Source: Eledone cirrhosa
Taxonomy: Eukaryota
Assembly (NCBI GenBank): GCA_964016885.1
Contig: OZ024742.1
Coordinates: 236,096,001-236,160,000 of the forward strand
Length of the DNA stretch: 64,000 bases
Direction: 5' to 3'
Position 1 is the first letter of the stretch. Every line of letters starts with the position of its first letter. Below, piece after piece: positions 60,490 through 64,000 of this stretch. The position numbers and the translations under genes were made by a program. Below the pieces are notes generated by a model. The model worked only from the letters and a program-made list of their open reading frames with translations, searched no databases and was not told the DNA's origin.

Positions 60490-62760
60490 CGCCGACCTTA
60501 AACCCATACCCCACCTGATCCTCACTCGCTCCTTGCGGCTTCCGACGCAGACATCCTGTCTGCCATCAAGCCCTTCCCAGCTAGCTGCAGCGAAGGTGCT
60601 GATGGCCTCCGACCTGGCCACCTCACGGAGTTGTTATCCCCACTCTCCGCCGAGGACGGGCGCTGCCTTCTGAGTGCAATTGTAGCACTCACTAATAGGC
60701 TCATCTATGGCGTCCTGGAACCTCATTCCCGAGCCCCCTTTTTTCGGTTAGCCTGACCGCTCTCAGGAAGAAAGAGGGTGGCATACGCCCCATCGCTGTC
60801 TGCAACGTCTTCTGGAGGCTGGCTGCTCAAGTGGTCTGCAAGTCCAACACACATGAAGAATTGGGCAAGGAGTTCAGTCCGGTGCAACTGGGTGTCGGCG
60901 TGTCCAGTGGTTGCGAAGGTCCGCATATGCAACCAGGCAGTTCTTCAATAGCTGCCCATCAGAACCGGCATCCAGGTACTCCAGACAGCTCATTGTCAAA
61001 CTTGACATGAGGAATGCCTTCAACTGTATACACCGCGACTATCTGCTCGATGCCTGCTTCAGCCGAGCCCCTTCTACCTACCTGCTGGCCTTCCTGTCAT
61101 ATGGAGCCCCGAGCATGCTCTTTGTTGCTGATACGGTCAAACTTTCAGCAACTGGAGTCCAACAGGGTGACTCTTTGGGCCCACTCCTATTTTCTTTTGG
61201 CATAGACCACATTGCCCGGAGTATCACAGCCCCTCTCAATGTTTGGTATCTGGGTGGGGCCGTAGAGACTGTCTGCCACGACCTACAATCGGTCGTCACT
61301 GCTCTGGCGGGAATTGGCTTCCAGGTCAACTCGTCGAAGTCAGTGGTGGTGAATGTCAACCACGATGCTGAGAGCTTTGCAGCCTCCGTCTCGAAAGAGC
61401 GGTTCATTCTCCTCCAGGTACAGGTGACCTCCAAAGAGGATGTCCTCATCCTCGGGTCACCAATCCACCCGCCGGCCATTCGCTCGACCATCAGGTCCAG
61501 GCTTCAGCAACTCAAGACCCTCACGAGCCGACTCGGCATGATTGATGCCCACCCAGCTCTCTTCCTGTTGAGGAACTACTTCGCCATGCCGAAGCTTCTC
61601 TATACCACGCATCTCTCCTTGCTAACCTCGACACTTGTATCTGAGCGGCAGCTGAAGAGATATGCAACGTCAGGTTTGACGACATTGGATAGCAACAGGC
61701 CACCTTACCTATCAGATATGGAGGCCTTCGTCTCCGGTCTCCGATCTCGCTGTCTTTTCCGGCGTTTATTTCGTCGGTAACCCCATGCCGCGTGCTCGTC
61801 AACAGGTTTCTCCTAAACACAACGGAACCCACTGTGATCGAGGAACATGAGGTCAGTAGACGTCCCTCCTCCTCCTGCTGACGTCAAGTCCCCCCAGAGT
61901 ATTTGGGATGTCATCCAGTGCAAACTGGCCTCAGACAGGCTAGCACGGCAGCTCGACCATCACCGCCTTGCCTGTTTTCGCGCGGCTTCACAACCCCACA
62001 GCGGTGCCTTGATCCATGCCTTACCCTCCTTCTCCACTGGCACGCAGCTGGAGAACGACAGCCTGCGCATCGGGGTTTCCTGAGGCTTGGCCTCCGGATC
62101 TGCAAGCCACATAAATGTCGCTGCGGATCCACCGTGGACCCTTTCGGTCTCCATCCGCTTTCCTGTGACTACAGTGCCGGCCGCCTTCCACGCCGTGCCA
62201 CCCTCAACGAGGTCATAAAGCCTGGCTTGGATGCTGCAGGCTTCCCCTCCCAGCTCGAGCCGGTGGGGCTGGACTGAGGGGACGGCAAAAGGCCAGACGG
62301 TATGACCATCTTCCCGTTCCGCGGTGGTAAACCCTTCGTCTGGGATGCCACTTGCCGCGACACTTTCTCCATCCGCAACCTGGTGCAGTCTGCGACTAAC
62401 CCAGGTTCTGCTGCACTTCGGGCTGAGGAGGGAAAACTCTACAAGTATCGATCGCTCACCGACAGGTTTGCAGTTGAGCTTCTAGCAGTGGAGACTTCTG
62501 GTGTCCTTGTCCCTAGGGTACCTCCTTACTTACCACCATAGGCGCTGAGCTGGCAAGCCGCAGGTGTGAGCCTATCAAGAAGGAATGTCTCTTCCAGCGC
62601 ATTTCCCTTACCATTCGCCGGGGCCGTGGGGCGGCCAGCGCGTGGGACACCATTTGCTCATAATACAGAGAGATGGCGAGGGCGAGAGAGATGGAGGTGA
62701 TGACAGTGGGAGTTCGGCTTTTCGGTGTACGCACTCATTTATCAATTCTATGTTGCTGTT
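60490..62760 (+). mobile_element. CRE-like non-LTR retrotransposon (RT, CCHC and restriction-like endonuclease), 5'-truncated and inactivated
   Basis: GC-rich island. Motifs across frames: [71 protein letters not shown] and DGKRPDGMTIFPFRGGKPFVWDATC. The catalytic YLDD is reduced to WYLGG, and frameshifts and stops are present. Confidence 0.9.
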
Positions 62761-63095
62761 TATATATGAGTGTTTTAATATTAGTTTTAAATGGGACTCT
62801 GACTGTTATGCTGGAAACATTTATTTTGTTTGTTTTTATCTTTCAGTATTTTCTTATGTTTCTAGATGTTGGGGATTTTTAGGACACCCGTCCATTCTAA
62901 AATCTAAAGTCCACTTCTCAATCATGTCCAAATATCAATAAATCAATAACATCAGCTCAATAATCCTAATTGACCCCACAACATCACACTTTTTATAGAA
63001 CATATGACGTGGCCAATTATTGAAAGTGTCATATTTTTGCAGAATAATATAAGCTGATAGCTATTAGTAATTTAATTTGAAAATATTGGTAAGCT

Positions 63096-63167
63096 GGCTC
63101 GTTGGTCTAGGGGTATGATTTTCGCTTAGGGTACGAGAGGTCCCGGATTCAAATCCCGGACGAACCC
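63096..63167 (+). pseudogene. tRNA-Pro(AGG) variant
   Basis: 72 nt with G39A, G53A and G70A. Confidence 0.7.
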
Positions 63168-63635
63168 AAAGATTTTGAAATTTTTTTTGTTATAATATTA
63201 TAAAGCTATTTTCTGTCGCACCGTAATAAGTAGGCGAAGAAGTATATTAATGTTTTGCAGCAGTGTCGTTGGTATGGGTCTGATCTACTTTGCTTGGGGG
63301 GAGTGAGTCGGTCCCAGTACCAAATCTCGAATGCGCTCTTTCTTGTTTCTCGATTTAATAAACTATTTTTAAATAAGTGTCGTGTTATGTTTAATTCTAG
63401 TAAAGATATTGTTGTAGTACAATGATTCTCACTTTCGATTATATCGGCTGCATGTTCAAAGTACAAATTATCCAGAGTGTATTTCCTGTTTTTCATTTTG
63501 ATAAATGTTGTATTATGTTTGGTACAAGTAATTAATATCTTGATGTTATTAATATGTTTCCATGAAAATTAATGAAATGAAAGCCGAACATCCTTTGGAA
63601 AATATCAATAGTAAATATATTTGTTCAAAATCTGA

Positions 63636-63707
63636 AAATCCTTGTTCTAGAGGTATGATTCTCGCTCTGAGTGCAAGATGTCACAGGTTGAAATCCTAGG
63701 TGAGCCC
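63636..63707 (+). pseudogene. Ancient tRNA-Pro-derived relic
   Basis: Homologous to 30314-30385 and 23315-23386. Confidence 0.65.
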
Positions 63708-63780
63708 TCTTGTTATCCCTTGTACATGTACTTTTTAATTTATGTTTCATATAAGTTCTGATAGGACAACAGAAAATAGC

Positions 63781-64000
63781 CTGCTGTTTTGAGGACCGCC
63801 GCCAGGTTCCGATGGTCGACCCTATCGAACGCTATAGATTGATCCAAGTTGATTAGTACCCCACCCATGCCAGATTCTTTAGTCACTCTCTTTATGATGT
63901 ATCGCATGAGATTGAGACTGTCGTGGATGTATCTCCTGGTAATAGCACATGTATACCAGAGCACCAACGAAAAGCGCCAAAACCTTGCTAAAACCTTGGC
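63781..64000 (-). mobile_element. Tx1/L1-group retrotransposon RT fragment running off the window
   Basis: Translates to TCAITRRYIHDSLNLMRYII...GVLINLDQSIAFDRVDHRNLAAVLKTAG (LDQxKAFDRVDH motif). Confidence 0.8.

Noticed and set aside
60911-61780. Active reverse transcriptase gene or retron-like system
   Set aside because: The catalytic DD is deleted, there are multiple frameshifts, and the RLE domain identifies a non-LTR retrotransposon.

Overview
This is AT-rich eukaryotic DNA. A SINE resembling cephalopod tRNA-derived SINEs (recalled, not searched) suggests an octopus-like mollusc. Almost the whole window is a tandem array built from tRNA-Pro genes only, roughly 100 intact, degenerate or fragmentary copies by manual count. 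The monomer is about 1 kb: a head-to-head pair of tRNA-Pro(TGG) on the minus strand and tRNA-Pro(AGG) on the plus strand. From 1 to about 18.7 kb a homogeneous dimer of 1.91-1.95 kb repeats about 9.6 times. From about 19 to 58.5 kb a diverged higher-order repeat (HOR) of about 12 kb occurs in a little over 3 copies. The HOR carries RTE-clade LINE remnants, SINE insertions and the two separated ends of a TIR transposon with a 9-bp target duplication. The right edge is the most decayed part, with a 36-bp minisatellite, a dead CRE-like RLE retrotransposon that replaces one tRNA gene, and a Tx1/L1-like RT fragment. No host protein-coding gene is supported. Coordinates of degenerate copies and transposon ends are approximate and were read by eye.
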